From assembly GCF_000284455.1 (NCBI RefSeq), contig NC_017039.1, positions 270,001 through 302,000 on the forward strand: a DNA stretch of 32,000 nt. The letters run 5' to 3'. The notes under the pieces were generated by a model, which had not been told where the DNA came from, did no database searches, and saw only the letters and a program-made list of their open reading frames with translations. Source of the stretch: Synechocystis sp. PCC 6803 substr. PCC-P. Its GTDB lineage: Bacteria > Cyanobacteriota > Cyanobacteriia > Cyanobacteriales > Microcystaceae. The position numbers and the translations under genes are program-made. Positions 17,844 to 27,492 of this stretch are shown here, piece by piece (the first letter of the stretch is position 1; each line of letters opens with the position of its first letter).

Positions 17844-17928
17844 TGATCTAGTCTTTTGAGTTAATCAGACTACTTGAGACTACTGTGTGATTTTCTTAAA
17901 TAAATTAAATAAAGGGGAGTGGGGGAAT

Positions 17929-19104
17929 TTAATCTCCTGCTCCTTTTTTGTTTGGGACTCTGAATCCTTGCCAATATCGGGCACAAAGCAAGGTAGACAT
18001 TACCAACATTGCCAGTCCCAACCCCCCGTGCATCTGGCTGGACTGAGTTGACCAATAACGGGTAAAAACGTCCCCCGCTAGACCCACACAGCCAAAATAT
18101 AAACCGATGCCCACACCGGTCTGATTACCCTGGAGAATTTCCAGTAGCAAAGGAATTAAACCATTGTTTAAAATGCTGGAACCCAATAACCAGGAGAAGG
18201 CGATCGCCGGTAACCAAAATCCGTTTAACAAACAGAACAAAGTCAGCACTAAAAGTCCCAAAGCTGTGGTGAGGGATGCCACTGGATGACCTGTTTTACG
18301 GATTAACCACCCTGCAGGTAGGGCCATTAATGCCAACAGAAATTGCAAACCCATTAAGCCATTACTAATTCCCTCCAATTGTTTGGTTAAAACTAGCATT
18401 AACACCCTAGTGCCCCAGGTGGTGCCAATGGCAAATAGAGCAATATTGACCATGGCAATCCAAGGAAAAGCTCTCACCGTTGCCGGACTTATTGCCTCTT
18501 TCTTTTCAATTGGTGGTAAAACTCGACTTAAAAATAGGCTGGCCCCCAATAGCACTACTGAACCGAGTAAAAAAGCTGGTAAACTCCCCAAACTTAATAA
18601 CCACTTACCCATCGGTTGCCGAAATGTAGCAACTATCCCTCCCACCAAACTCAAAACTCCCATGGCTAAAGGCAGTTGGTTGGTTGGCGCACATTGACCA
18701 ATCAGCACCATGGTGGGACTACGAAATAAGGTCATAGCTATGGCCCAGGCGATCGCCAGGCTGGGGAGTAAGAACCGAGCTACGTTGGCAATGGGCAGGA
18801 AAAATACTAAGGGAATTAAGAGGAAAAAACCGGCGGCGAGAATCACCCCCAAGGAAATTAATGGGAATCGAGTGCCTAAATTTTGCTGTTGGCGATCGCT
18901 CAGGGCCCCAAAGAGAGGTTCCATCACCACCCCCAAAACCATTTCAAAGGTTAGCAATCCCACCACAAACTCCGGCGAGAATCCCCAGCCCTTGAGCAAG
19001 TCCCCCAGGTAAAGGCGGTAAGTTATCCACATCAAAGTTACTGAGCCCTGAACCAAGGCAATGCCCCAAACCCGCCGCCACAGAACCGCAGAATACTGAC
19101 CCAT
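17929..19104 (-). CDS. MFS transporter
   Basis: The track ORF starts at TTG 19116; ATG lies at 19104 (MGQYSAVLWRR..., 391 aa). There are about 12 hydrophobic helices and an MFS loop motif GALSDRQ after TM2. Confidence 0.8.
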   Translation of the reverse strand: MGQYSAVLWRRVWGIALVQGSVTLMWITYRLYLGDLLKGWGFSPEFVVGLLTFEMVLGVVMEPLFGALSDRQQQNLGTRFPLISLGVILAAGFFLLIPLVFFLPIANVARFLLPSLAIAWAIAMTLFRSPTMVLIGQCAPTNQLPLAMGVLSLVGGIVATFRQPMGKWLLSLGSLPAFLLGSVVLLGASLFLSRVLPPIEKKEAISPATVRAFPWIAMVNIALFAIGTTWGTRVLMLVLTKQLEGISNGLMGLQFLLALMALPAGWLIRKTGHPVASLTTALGLLVLTLFCLLNGFWLPAIAFSWLLGSSILNNGLIPLLLEILQGNQTGVGIGLYFGCVGLAGDVFTRYWSTQSSQMHGGLGLAMLVMSTLLCARYWQGFRVPNKKGAGD

Positions 19105-19321
19105 GGGTAATTCCAAATCCTATTCAAGGGGGATTTAAGTTGCTGTTGTTAACGTTGAAAACTATTTACCAATGCTTGCCACTGTTGGAGCCGAGCCTAT
19201 CGCATTTACTCCACCAAATCAATTGACTATTGACAGAATCTTGAACAATGCCTGGGCCAGGAACCGTTGCAACCAGTTACATTAAGAAATGTAAAGAAAA
19301 TTTCCCCACTGTCCTTTTCCC

Positions 19322-20845
19322 ATGGTCCCTAGCAATGCTGAATCTCAATCCGTAGTTGTAATTGGTGCTGGCATTGGTGGTCTGACAACGGCGGCCCTGT
19401 TAGCCCAACAGGGTTATCGAGTCAAAGTTTATGAACAGGCGGCCATAGTGGGGGGTTGTGCATCCACCTTTCGGCGACGGGGTTTTATTTTCGATGTGGG
19501 GGCCACCCAGGTGGCGGGCCTAGAGCCAGGGGGAATTCACCACCGCATTTTCCGCCAGTTGCAAGTGGATTTGCCGGAAGCAACCCTGTGCGATCCCGCC
19601 TGTGCAGTTTTTTTGCCAGGGGAAAAGCAACCGATTAACGTTTGGCATGATCCTGAGCGATGGCAAAGGGAAAGGGAACAGCAATTTCCAGGGAGTGGCA
19701 GATTTTGGCAGTTGCTACAAACGTTGTTCCAAATTAGTTGGCGTTTCCAGGGGCGAGATCCTGTATTGCCCCCCCGCAGTATGTGGGATTTGGGCCAGTT
19801 GTTGGGGGCATTGCGGCCGGATACCCTACTCACGGCTCCCTTTGTGCCTCTCACGGTGGGGGATACCCTCCGATTATTGGGTTTGGGGTCAGACCAAAGG
19901 TTAAAAACTTTTCTTGATTTACAGTTAAAACTCTATTCCCAGGTGGGGGCTGATGAGACAGCTTTGTTATACGCCGCTACGGCCTTGAGCGTTTCCCAAG
20001 GGCCCCAGGGTCTATGGCATCTCCAGGGCAGTATGCAAACCCTAGGCGATCGCCTGGTGGAAGCGCTGAAAAACCATGGAGGGGAATTATTTTGCAGTCA
20101 GCGAGTAGAGCAGATCCATTGTGGCCAAGGCTATGTAGAGGGGGTGACGGTGCGGGACGTAAGGAGCGGAGAAGTACGTCAAGAAAAAGCCCAGCAGGTG
20201 GTGGCCAATTTAACGGTGCAGAATTTACTCCAAGCACTAGATCAACCATTACCCGGTTATCAAAAAAGAGTGACTAATTTACCCTCGGGCTCGGGTGCTT
20301 TTGTCATCTATTTAGGCGTCAAGGAAGATGCCATTCCCCCAGACTGTGCTCCCCATCTACAGTTTTTGTACGATCACCAAGGCCCCATTGGCGAAAATAA
20401 TTCTCTCTTTGTCAGTGTTAGTAAACCAGGGGATGGCCGGGCTCCCCGGGGCTGTAGAACTGTAATTGCTTCTTCCTTCACCGACGTGGCCCCCTGGTGG
20501 AATGCTTCCCGGGAACAATATCAGGCTCTCAAGGAAAGTTACACAACCACGGCGATCTCCAGATTGGGAGAATATTTCAATTTGGATGAATCCACCATTG
20601 TTCACCAAGAAAGTGCCACTCCCCGCACATTTGACCGTTACACTGCCCGGGACCAAGGCATCGTCGGCGGAGTAGGCCAGCGTTTGACCACCTTTGGGCC
20701 CTTTGGCTTTGCTCCCCGTACCCCCATTCGTAACCTTTGGCTAGTGGGGGATTCCGTGCATCCGGGGGAAGGCACCGCTGGGGTAAGTTACAGCGCCCTC
20801 ACCATTGCCCGGCAAATTTGTGCCAGTGGAGCAACAAACTCCTAG
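19322..20845 (+). CDS. crtD: FAD-dependent phytoene-desaturase-family enzyme, CrtD-like carotenoid C-3',4' desaturase
   Basis: 507-aa ORF with ATG at 19322. It has an N-terminal dinucleotide fold (VVVIGAGIGGLTTAALLAQQGYRVKVYEQAAIVGGC) and a C-terminal GDSVHPGEGTAGV motif typical of the CrtI/CrtD/CrtISO family. The specific crtD call comes from memory of the Synechocystis locus. Confidence 0.7.
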   Translation: MVPSNAESQSVVVIGAGIGGLTTAALLAQQGYRVKVYEQAAIVGGCASTFRRRGFIFDVGATQVAGLEPGGIHHRIFRQLQVDLPEATLCDPACAVFLPGEKQPINVWHDPERWQREREQQFPGSGRFWQLLQTLFQISWRFQGRDPVLPPRSMWDLGQLLGALRPDTLLTAPFVPLTVGDTLRLLGLGSDQRLKTFLDLQLKLYSQVGADETALLYAATALSVSQGPQGLWHLQGSMQTLGDRLVEALKNHGGELFCSQRVEQIHCGQGYVEGVTVRDVRSGEVRQEKAQQVVANLTVQNLLQALDQPLPGYQKRVTNLPSGSGAFVIYLGVKEDAIPPDCAPHLQFLYDHQGPIGENNSLFVSVSKPGDGRAPRGCRTVIASSFTDVAPWWNASREQYQALKESYTTTAISRLGEYFNLDESTIVHQESATPRTFDRYTARDQGIVGGVGQRLTTFGPFGFAPRTPIRNLWLVGDSVHPGEGTAGVSYSALTIARQICASGATNS

Positions 20846-20901
20846 GGTCGGGTTAAGATGGGGAGAAATTGTTCATTGCTATCGATATCACCATTGCCAC
20901 T

Positions 20902-21174
20902 ATGGACCTACTCCTTTCTACCCTCGTCAGCTTCATCAACATTTACCTGGTGTTGTTATTTGTCCGTATTTTGCTGTCCTGGTTTCAAACTGCGGAGTGG
21001 GCTGGCAACATCATGGGCTTTCTCAGCCCCGTGACCGATCCCTATTTAAATATTTTCCGCTCCTTTATCCCGCCCCTGGGAGGCATTGATTTTTCCCCCA
21101 TTCTGGCCATTTTTGCGTTGCAGTTTCTCCAACAGGCCCTCAGCAGTGTGGCGGGTCCCTACGCTGGCTTCTAA
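20902..21174 (+). CDS. ycf19: YggT/Ycf19-family small membrane protein
   Basis: The track ORF starts at TTG 20869; ATG lies at 20902 (MDLLLSTLVSFINIYLVLLFVRILLSWF..., 90 aa). The family motif is R.LLSWF...........P.T.P.L...R..IP..GG.DFSP. Confidence 0.75.
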   Translation: MDLLLSTLVSFINIYLVLLFVRILLSWFQTAEWAGNIMGFLSPVTDPYLNIFRSFIPPLGGIDFSPILAIFALQFLQQALSSVAGPYAGF

Positions 21175-21534
21175 TTGACATAATTCCGGTGGCTAAAAAT
21201 CTGATTGGTGGTTAGAGGCCCCAACCTCCAGTTCCACTGACCATGGTTCACAAATCTTCCCTCTGTTACGCCAGGGGGATTTTATTTGTCCAGGTTACTA
21301 TTAATAATAAATTTTGTTAGTGAGTAGAGATTTCCATCAGCTAGAGCTATGACAACCCAGGGTAAAGGGGAGTATTACCAAAGTTGAGACTCGGCTAAAT
21401 TTTTCTTCCTAATCCTTGAAAGTCAAGCAGTATAAACTTTTAAGATCCTTTGCGCCCAATCAGAAAGATTTTTTCCTCAGGTTTTACGAGCAAAATAATA
21501 AGATTTATTTATGTCGTTTGGTTGAAGACCTAAT

Positions 21535-21593
21535 TAAATAATCAGAAAATTACTCATTATATCTCCACTGCTGATAAAATTATTGAGAATTAC
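21535..21593 (+). promoter_or_regulatory. candidate Fur-box pair in the futA promoter
   Basis: Two AT-rich elements lie just upstream of the RBS: TAAATAATCAGAAAATTACTCATTAT (21535-21560) and TGATAAAATTATTGAGAATTAC (21572-21593). The second matches 11 of 19 positions of GATAATGATAATCATTATC by my hand alignment. The first contains TCATTAT. They share a direct repeat, GAAAATTACTCATTAT versus GAGAATTACTTTTATT. Confidence 0.35.
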
Positions 21594-21625
21594 TTTTATT
21601 AGAGGAGTGAAAAAGTTCAGCCACC

Positions 21626-22708
21626 ATGGTCCAAAAGTTATCCCGTCGCCTATTTTTGTCCATTGGAACCGCCTTCACCGTTGTGGTGGGTTCCCAGTTG
21701 CTCAGTAGCTGTGGCCAATCCCCTGATGCCCCGATCGCCGACACACCAGGGGAACAGCAGGAGATCAATTTATATTCATCCCGGCACTACAACACCGACA
21801 ACGAACTGTACGCCAAATTCACCGCAGAAACGGGCATCAAAGTTAACCTGATTGAAGGTAAGGCAGACGAACTGCTGGAACGGATTAAGTCTGAAGGGGC
21901 CAACAGTCCGGCGGATGTGCTCCTCACAGTGGATTTGGCTCGTTTATGGCGGGCCGAAGAGGACGGCATTTTTCAGCCGGTGCAAAGCGAGATTTTAGAG
22001 ACTAATGTCCCGGAATATCTCCGCTCCCCGGACGGGATGTGGTTTGGTTTCACTAAGCGGGCCCGGGTGATTATGTATAACAAGGGGAAAGTTAAACCGG
22101 AGGAGTTGTCCACCTACGAAGAACTAGCCGATCCCAAATGGAAAGGTCGGGTGATTATCCGTTCCTCCAGCAATGAATATAATCAATCCCTGGTGGCTTC
22201 CTTGGTGGTAGCTGATGGGGAAGAGTCCACCTTGGCATGGGCTAAGGGCTTCGTCAGCAATTTTGCTAGGGAACCCCAGGGCAATGACACAGCCCAAATT
22301 GAAGCAGTGTCTTCCGGCGAAGCGGATTTGACCTTAGCCAATACCTATTACATGGGGCGGCTCCTGGAAAGTGAAGATCCGGCCCAAAAGGCGATCGCCG
22401 AAAATGTGGGGGTATTTTTTCCCAACCAGGAAGGGCGGGGTACCCACGTCAATGTCAGTGGTGTGGGCGTAGTCAAAACTGCCCCTAATCGGGAGGGAGC
22501 GGTCAAGTTTATTGAATTTCTGGTCAGCGAACCGGCCCAGGCATTTTTAGCACAAAATAACTACGAATACCCGGTTTTGGCTGGGGTTCCCCTGAATAAA
22601 TCTGTGGCTTCCTTTGGGGAATTTAAGTCTGACACCACCAGTTTGGACAAGTTGGGCCCTGCCCTAGCCCCTGCTACCAAAATCATGAACGAAGCAGGCT
22701 GGAAGTAG
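21626..22708 (+). CDS. futA1: ferric-iron ABC transporter substrate-binding protein (FutA/IdiA family)
   Basis: 360-aa ORF with ATG at 21626, preceded by AGAGGAG. It has the FbpA/IdiA-type periplasmic-binding fold (INLYSSRHYNTD, ADVLLTVD, ANTYY). The signal sequence combines SRRLFLS with an LSSC lipobox. Confidence 0.85.
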   Translation: MVQKLSRRLFLSIGTAFTVVVGSQLLSSCGQSPDAPIADTPGEQQEINLYSSRHYNTDNELYAKFTAETGIKVNLIEGKADELLERIKSEGANSPADVLLTVDLARLWRAEEDGIFQPVQSEILETNVPEYLRSPDGMWFGFTKRARVIMYNKGKVKPEELSTYEELADPKWKGRVIIRSSSNEYNQSLVASLVVADGEESTLAWAKGFVSNFAREPQGNDTAQIEAVSSGEADLTLANTYYMGRLLESEDPAQKAIAENVGVFFPNQEGRGTHVNVSGVGVVKTAPNREGAVKFIEFLVSEPAQAFLAQNNYEYPVLAGVPLNKSVASFGEFKSDTTSLDKLGPALAPATKIMNEAGWK

Positions 22709-22789
22709 GATTCCAAGGTCCATTGGCAATGGTTGAGGAAAGCATTCGCTCTAATTCTTAGCCATTGTCATCGGGCTACCGATTAGCCC

Positions 22790-23494
22790 TCATGGGGAAG
22801 GCTGTCGATCTTGCCATTTTTGCCACAAATCCGGCCGCCTCTGTTGGGTTCGTTCCTCCTGCTGTTCCAATCGCCATTGGGCGATCGCCTGGTGGTTGCC
22901 GGAAAGTAACACTGGGGGCACGGCCAAGCCCCGGAACACTGGCGGCCTGGTGTAGTGGGGATAATCCAACAGATCGGTGCTAAAACTCTCAGCGATTAAA
23001 GATGCTTCTTTGCCCACGGTGCCGGGTAGTAAACGGATGACACCATTAATTAAAGTTAAAGCGGGAATTTCGCCACAGGTGAGCACAAAATCCCCCAGGG
23101 AAACCTCCCTTGTCACCAGTTGGCAGACTCTTTCGTCCACCCCTTCGTAATGGCCACAGATCAACACCAATTGGTCATAGTTCGTCAATTCCCGAAACAA
23201 AGCCTGGTCCATGGGCTGTCCCTGGGGAGTCATTAAAATCACTTCCCGTTTGGACAGTACTGGCAACGATTCCACCGCCGCAAAAATAGGCTCTGGTTTG
23301 ATCACCATACCCACCCCACCGCCGTAGGGTTCATCATCCACCCGGCGATGTTTATCCGTGGTGAAATCCCTGGGGTTAATCAAATTAACGCTGGCGATCG
23401 CCTTTTCGAGGGCTTTACCTAGAAGGCCAGATTGCAGGGGAGAAGTAAAAAAATCAGGAAACAGGGTGAGAACGTCAAACTGCACAGAGGGCAA
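22790..23494 (-). CDS. trmD: tRNA (guanine37-N1)-methyltransferase
   Basis: The ORF has FDVLTLFPDFF, GGGVGMV and the trefoil-knot C-terminal region. No ATG is available upstream of FDVLTLFP. The start must therefore be TTG (23494-23492) or GTG (23485-23483, giving MQFDVLTLFP, which looks more like other TrmD N-termini). Confidence 0.9.
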   Translation of the reverse strand: MPSVQFDVLTLFPDFFTSPLQSGLLGKALEKAIASVNLINPRDFTTDKHRRVDDEPYGGGVGMVIKPEPIFAAVESLPVLSKREVILMTPQGQPMDQALFRELTNYDQLVLICGHYEGVDERVCQLVTREVSLGDFVLTCGEIPALTLINGVIRLLPGTVGKEASLIAESFSTDLLDYPHYTRPPVFRGLAVPPVLLSGNHQAIAQWRLEQQEERTQQRRPDLWQKWQDRQPSP

Positions 23495-23495
23495 A

Positions 23496-23669
23496 TCAAA
23501 TTAGATCAAACTGGTGACACACCATACCACAAACACTGGCGATCGCCGTGATCATCAAAGCAACAAAGGGGTCTTGCCCCTGATTAACGGCAAAGGAAGT
23601 CACAATGCCTGCCCCCAGGGCGGAAACCAAACCAGCGCTGATTAAATCTTTGTTGGAACGATCAAACAT
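23496..23669 (-). CDS. small hypothetical membrane protein (57 aa, two predicted helices)
   Basis: This ORF is below the track cutoff. My translation from ATG 23669-23667 is MFDRSNKDLISAGLVSALGAGIVTSFAVNQGQDPFVALMITAIASVCGMVCHQFDLI, with TGA at 23498-23496. It has two hydrophobic segments. The stop lies 1 nt from the TTG of trmD. Coding status is unproven. Confidence 0.45.
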   Translation of the reverse strand: MFDRSNKDLISAGLVSALGAGIVTSFAVNQGQDPFVALMITAIASVCGMVCHQFDLI

Positions 23670-23877
23670 GATTTTTAACCCCCACCCCTTAGTTATTGAT
23701 CCGATTAATTAAAGTTATGGAAAAATTTCGTTTTACAACGTATCACTCCCCCGGGGGAAAAGGGAGAGAAAGGGCGGTTTTTGCAACTAAGCTTTAACAT
23801 CCGCCACATTTCTTTACAATTGCGCTGCTTTATCGGGGAAATATGGCCCAGATCGCCAGTTAGGAACTGCTAGGAAC

Positions 23878-24963
23878 TTAATCGTTACCAAGGCAAATGC
23901 CCAATCCCCGCGCAGTTTTCACCAAGGTGCCGTCCAACTGCACCGTTTGATAGGTTTGGATGGCTTCCTCAATGGGCACACTAATGGTTTGACGATTGCG
24001 CCAGGCCACCATGTGGTCGAATTTGCCTTCCGCAATCAAGTCCACCGCCGCGACCCCAAACACACTCCCCAACAGGCGATCGAAAGGTGAAGGAATGCCC
24101 CCCCGTTGGATGTGGCCCAGCACAGTGACTCTGGTTTCTGCTCCAGTGCGTTGGGCAATTTGTTCCGCAATGTATTTACCAATGCCGCCGTAGCGGTCTT
24201 CGCCAAACTGTTGGATTTGCTTGACCTGATCGCCCAATTCTGTCCGCACCGCTTCCGACACCATAACCAGGCAAAAGTTTTTCCCCTCGGCCTGCCGTTG
24301 ACGAATTTTATTGCACACACTTTGGATGCGGTAGGGAATTTCAGGAATGAGAATAATGTCCGCCCCTCCCCCAATGCCGGCGGCCAGGGCAATGTGGCCC
24401 GCATCCCTACCCATCACTTCTAGCACCATGACCCGGTTATGGCTAGCGGCGGTGAAATGCAAACGATCCAAGGCTTCGGTGGCAATGTTGGTGGCGGTGT
24501 CGAAACCAATGGAAATTTCCGTTGCCCCCACATCATTGTCAATGGTTTTGGGAATGCCCACTAAGTTGATGCCCCCCTGTTGGGCTATGCGGCGCAAAAT
24601 GGCTAAACTACCGTCTCCGCCAATGCCAATGAGAGCGTCAAGCCCCAACTGACGATAACCGGCAATAATATCTTCGGTGCGGTCCCGCACAGTGCCGTCG
24701 GCCATGGGAAAAGCGAACGGATTACCCTTATTGGTGGTGCCTAAAAAGGTACCTCCCATCATTAACAAATGGTCAATGTTATCCCGGTGCAGGGCGATCG
24801 CCTTGGAGGGATTTTCCATTAGTCCCTGGGTGGCTTCTTGAATGCCAATTACTTCCCAACCGTAGGTGCCAATGGCATGGTGTACCACGGAGCGAATTAC
24901 GGCGTTTAGTCCGGCACAGTCTCCTCCACTGGTTAAAATACCAATGCGTTTAATTTCCCCCAT
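23878..24963 (-). CDS. pfkA: ATP-dependent 6-phosphofructokinase
   Basis: 361-aa ORF with ATG at 24963-24961. PFK blocks include GILTSGGDCAGLNAVIR, IGGDGS, PKTIDND, MGRDAGHIA and LGHIQRGG. Confidence 0.9.
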   Translation of the reverse strand: MGEIKRIGILTSGGDCAGLNAVIRSVVHHAIGTYGWEVIGIQEATQGLMENPSKAIALHRDNIDHLLMMGGTFLGTTNKGNPFAFPMADGTVRDRTEDIIAGYRQLGLDALIGIGGDGSLAILRRIAQQGGINLVGIPKTIDNDVGATEISIGFDTATNIATEALDRLHFTAASHNRVMVLEVMGRDAGHIALAAGIGGGADIILIPEIPYRIQSVCNKIRQRQAEGKNFCLVMVSEAVRTELGDQVKQIQQFGEDRYGGIGKYIAEQIAQRTGAETRVTVLGHIQRGGIPSPFDRLLGSVFGVAAVDLIAEGKFDHMVAWRNRQTISVPIEEAIQTYQTVQLDGTLVKTARGLGICLGND

Positions 24964-25075
24964 GGTTTTCCTTGCCGATATAGTTCTGTTTTATTTGTAG
25001 AAGCAAATCGAATCAGCAAAACTTCTTTGTGAGAATTCTTAAAATTGTCCTCAATCCTTAACCTACTTTTAACTG

Positions 25076-27343
25076 ATGCTGGCTAAGCTCCGCCAACGCC
25101 TTGCTTTTTTAACCCGTACCAATGGGACTATTGATTGGGGTAGGGGCATTCGTACTTTTTGCGGCATGGCAGTCCCCTATCTGGGGGGCATGGCCCTGGG
25201 AAATCCCCAACTAGGTTTGGGCGTTGGTTTAGCTTCCCAATTAATTTTATTAGCGGACATGGGGGGACTATATTCCGTCCGTTTGAAGACTATTTTCGGG
25301 GCCTGGGTCGGGGCGGCGATCGCCATGGCAGTGGGAACTATAGTGCCCGATGGTTGGGGTTTAGGGCTAGCAATAACGGGCTTCGTTTTATTTGCTAGCG
25401 GTTATCTAGCGGTTTATGGGGAGCAGGGAGCCATGGTGGGCATTGTCACCACCTTTGCTTTTCTCCTCGGTGCCCAAAATGTCAGTACCGATTCCTTTGA
25501 ATTTACCTCCCTGGCGATCGGGGGAATGTGGAGCTTGATATTAGCTATTTTCATTTGGCCCTTCCGTCCCAATCAACCTTTGCGGCAAATGGTTGCCAAC
25601 AATTACAGCATTTTAGGCAATTATCTCCGGGCCATGGCCGCCGCTAACTTTAGTCCCGATGACCCCCAAGCTCAGCAATTGGTGGTCAAACTGCGTCAAA
25701 ACTTGCTTAAATCTCGGCAAACTCTGGTGGCCAGCCAGCGAGGATTATGGGGACAAAGTAAATTAAGGGAATTATTATTAGTTTTAATCGAGCATACGGA
25801 AAGATTAAATAAATGCCTAATGTTGCTCAATGAAATTGTTAATTTCCACAATCTACCCCAATTACAAACAGTGGAAATCCTAATGGAAGATGCGTTTAAT
25901 GCTCTGGGGGAAGTTTGCTTAGATTTAGGACAAATGGTGCTAGGCAAAAGACGCATTCCTAACACTAACCGTTTGCAACTATTAGTGCAAGCATTGCAAC
26001 AGCAAAAAAAATTACAACGGCAGGCTCTCACAGAGGATTTTAACGACTACAACAGTTTAACCACCGTAACCCAATTGGTTAACCATTTAGAAAACCTGAT
26101 CAAACAATTAGAGCAAACCATTCAAACCGCGGAACTTTTACAAAATCCCCAACTTTTTTCCGATAATAATTCCAATGATCAAGGAAAACTAAATAAAGTT
26201 AGGCTTATGCCTTGGTGGGACCCCCTAGGGAGTAATTTTCACCTTAACTCGCCTTTGTTACGCCATGGTTTGCGCATGGCATTGGGGGGTATGGTGGGGG
26301 CAACAATTGCCCATCTAACTCAAATTCCCTACGGTTTTTGGATTGTTATAACGCTAATTTTTGTGCTCAAGCCGGATTTTAGTTTAACTTTTCAAAGGTT
26401 ATCCAATCGTCTTTTAGGCACTTTTTTAGGGGTATTAGTAATGTCCATTGCCCTCAAGCTCATTCAAGACCCCCAATTGCTCAGTTGGCTGGGAATTTTG
26501 GCGATCGCCATGGGGATGGCCCTGTTGAGATTTCACTACAGTGTGGCGGTCTTTTTTATCACAGCTTTTGCTTTAATTCTTAAGGCCATTGATCCGTCGG
26601 TGCCCACGGAATATGCCCTCCTTTCCCGCCTGGTTTGTACCCTCATTGGCAGCGCCATTGCCCTAGGTTTAGCCTTTAGTTTTCTGCGGCAATCGGAAAA
26701 TTTACGCTTCACCCAGGCCAGTGTCAGAATGCTAACTAATCTGGAGCAATATTTTCAGCAATTAATCCCCGCCCTACTGGGAAAAGAGTCAATTAACAAA
26801 AAAGAAGCAGAAAGGGTACGCAATGAAACTCGGTTAGCAGCCACCGCCATGCAGATTGCCCTGGATCGCTTACTCAGTGACCCCAGCACTCCCCTGGAAA
26901 AACAAGAGCCAGCCTTGACCATGACCAATTATCTAGCCCGCTTAAGTAGGGGTTTTCGGGTTTTGATCAGTCATTTGGAAAATAGCTCCGGCAGTAATCC
27001 CCCGCCCCCCATTAAGTTATTTACCGAGCAAGTACAACAAAGTTTGGAAAATTTACGCTTTTCCCTGGAGCACCAATCATCACCAGCGGCTTTGCCCCCC
27101 ATGGCCACCACCATTAAAGAAATCCGGGAATATCACCAGAGTTATCAAGCCCAAAGAATTACGGAAATTAATCAAAAACAAGACTTTACTCCCACCCGCC
27201 GTTATTTGGACGATTTTAATTTGGTGGTGGAGGAATGCCAACAAATTTACCAACGCCTGGAAACTATCCACTCGGCGATCGCCAGATTTACCGATAGCCC
27301 CCAACTGGCCAATGGAATCAAACTCAAAAGTCAGCCCAGTTGA
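25076..27343 (+). CDS. FUSC-family (YccS/YhfK-like, fusaric-acid-resistance-like) integral membrane protein
   Basis: 755-aa ORF with ATG at 25076. Two hydrophobic modules of about 5-6 helices each (residues about 25-165 and about 395-540) are separated and followed by long helical soluble regions. This is the FUSC/YccS architecture. Confidence 0.7.
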   Translation: MLAKLRQRLAFLTRTNGTIDWGRGIRTFCGMAVPYLGGMALGNPQLGLGVGLASQLILLADMGGLYSVRLKTIFGAWVGAAIAMAVGTIVPDGWGLGLAITGFVLFASGYLAVYGEQGAMVGIVTTFAFLLGAQNVSTDSFEFTSLAIGGMWSLILAIFIWPFRPNQPLRQMVANNYSILGNYLRAMAAANFSPDDPQAQQLVVKLRQNLLKSRQTLVASQRGLWGQSKLRELLLVLIEHTERLNKCLMLLNEIVNFHNLPQLQTVEILMEDAFNALGEVCLDLGQMVLGKRRIPNTNRLQLLVQALQQQKKLQRQALTEDFNDYNSLTTVTQLVNHLENLIKQLEQTIQTAELLQNPQLFSDNNSNDQGKLNKVRLMPWWDPLGSNFHLNSPLLRHGLRMALGGMVGATIAHLTQIPYGFWIVITLIFVLKPDFSLTFQRLSNRLLGTFLGVLVMSIALKLIQDPQLLSWLGILAIAMGMALLRFHYSVAVFFITAFALILKAIDPSVPTEYALLSRLVCTLIGSAIALGLAFSFLRQSENLRFTQASVRMLTNLEQYFQQLIPALLGKESINKKEAERVRNETRLAATAMQIALDRLLSDPSTPLEKQEPALTMTNYLARLSRGFRVLISHLENSSGSNPPPPIKLFTEQVQQSLENLRFSLEHQSSPAALPPMATTIKEIREYHQSYQAQRITEINQKQDFTPTRRYLDDFNLVVEECQQIYQRLETIHSAIARFTDSPQLANGIKLKSQPS

Positions 27344-27492
27344 GCAATGTAAATGAGGAAATGAGGCAACAACAAAAAACCACCCCAAACAAGGCAAAGT
27401 TCAGAGCGGTGTGGATATTTATGGAATTGGGGAAGTCAATAATTGCCCTATCTAGACAATGAATAATGGCTAGACCGCAATCAGTGGGAGTT

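Noticed and set aside
15970-18190. HIP1-free tracts longer than 2 kb read as evidence of foreign DNA. Examples are about 910-3125, about 15970-18190 covering ndhD, about 20050-22385 and about 28340-29945.
   Set aside because: With a mean spacing of about 860 bp, a Poisson model predicts roughly 3 gaps longer than 2.2 kb among about 37 intervals, which is what I see. One of the gaps covers a core gene (ndhD). The gaps alone are not informative.
22773-22789. Hairpin GGGCTA-CCGAT-TAGCCC between futA and trmD as a bidirectional terminator.
   Set aside because: The stem is only 6 bp and there is no U-tract on either strand. This is not enough to call a terminator.
23861-23880. Tandem direct repeat TAGGAACTGC/TAGGAACTTA at the pfkA stop, and AGACTACT-TG-AGACTACT just after the ndhD stop (within about 17860-17890).
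   Set aside because: Each has only two short copies. That is too short to distinguish from chance, and no further copies appear in the window.
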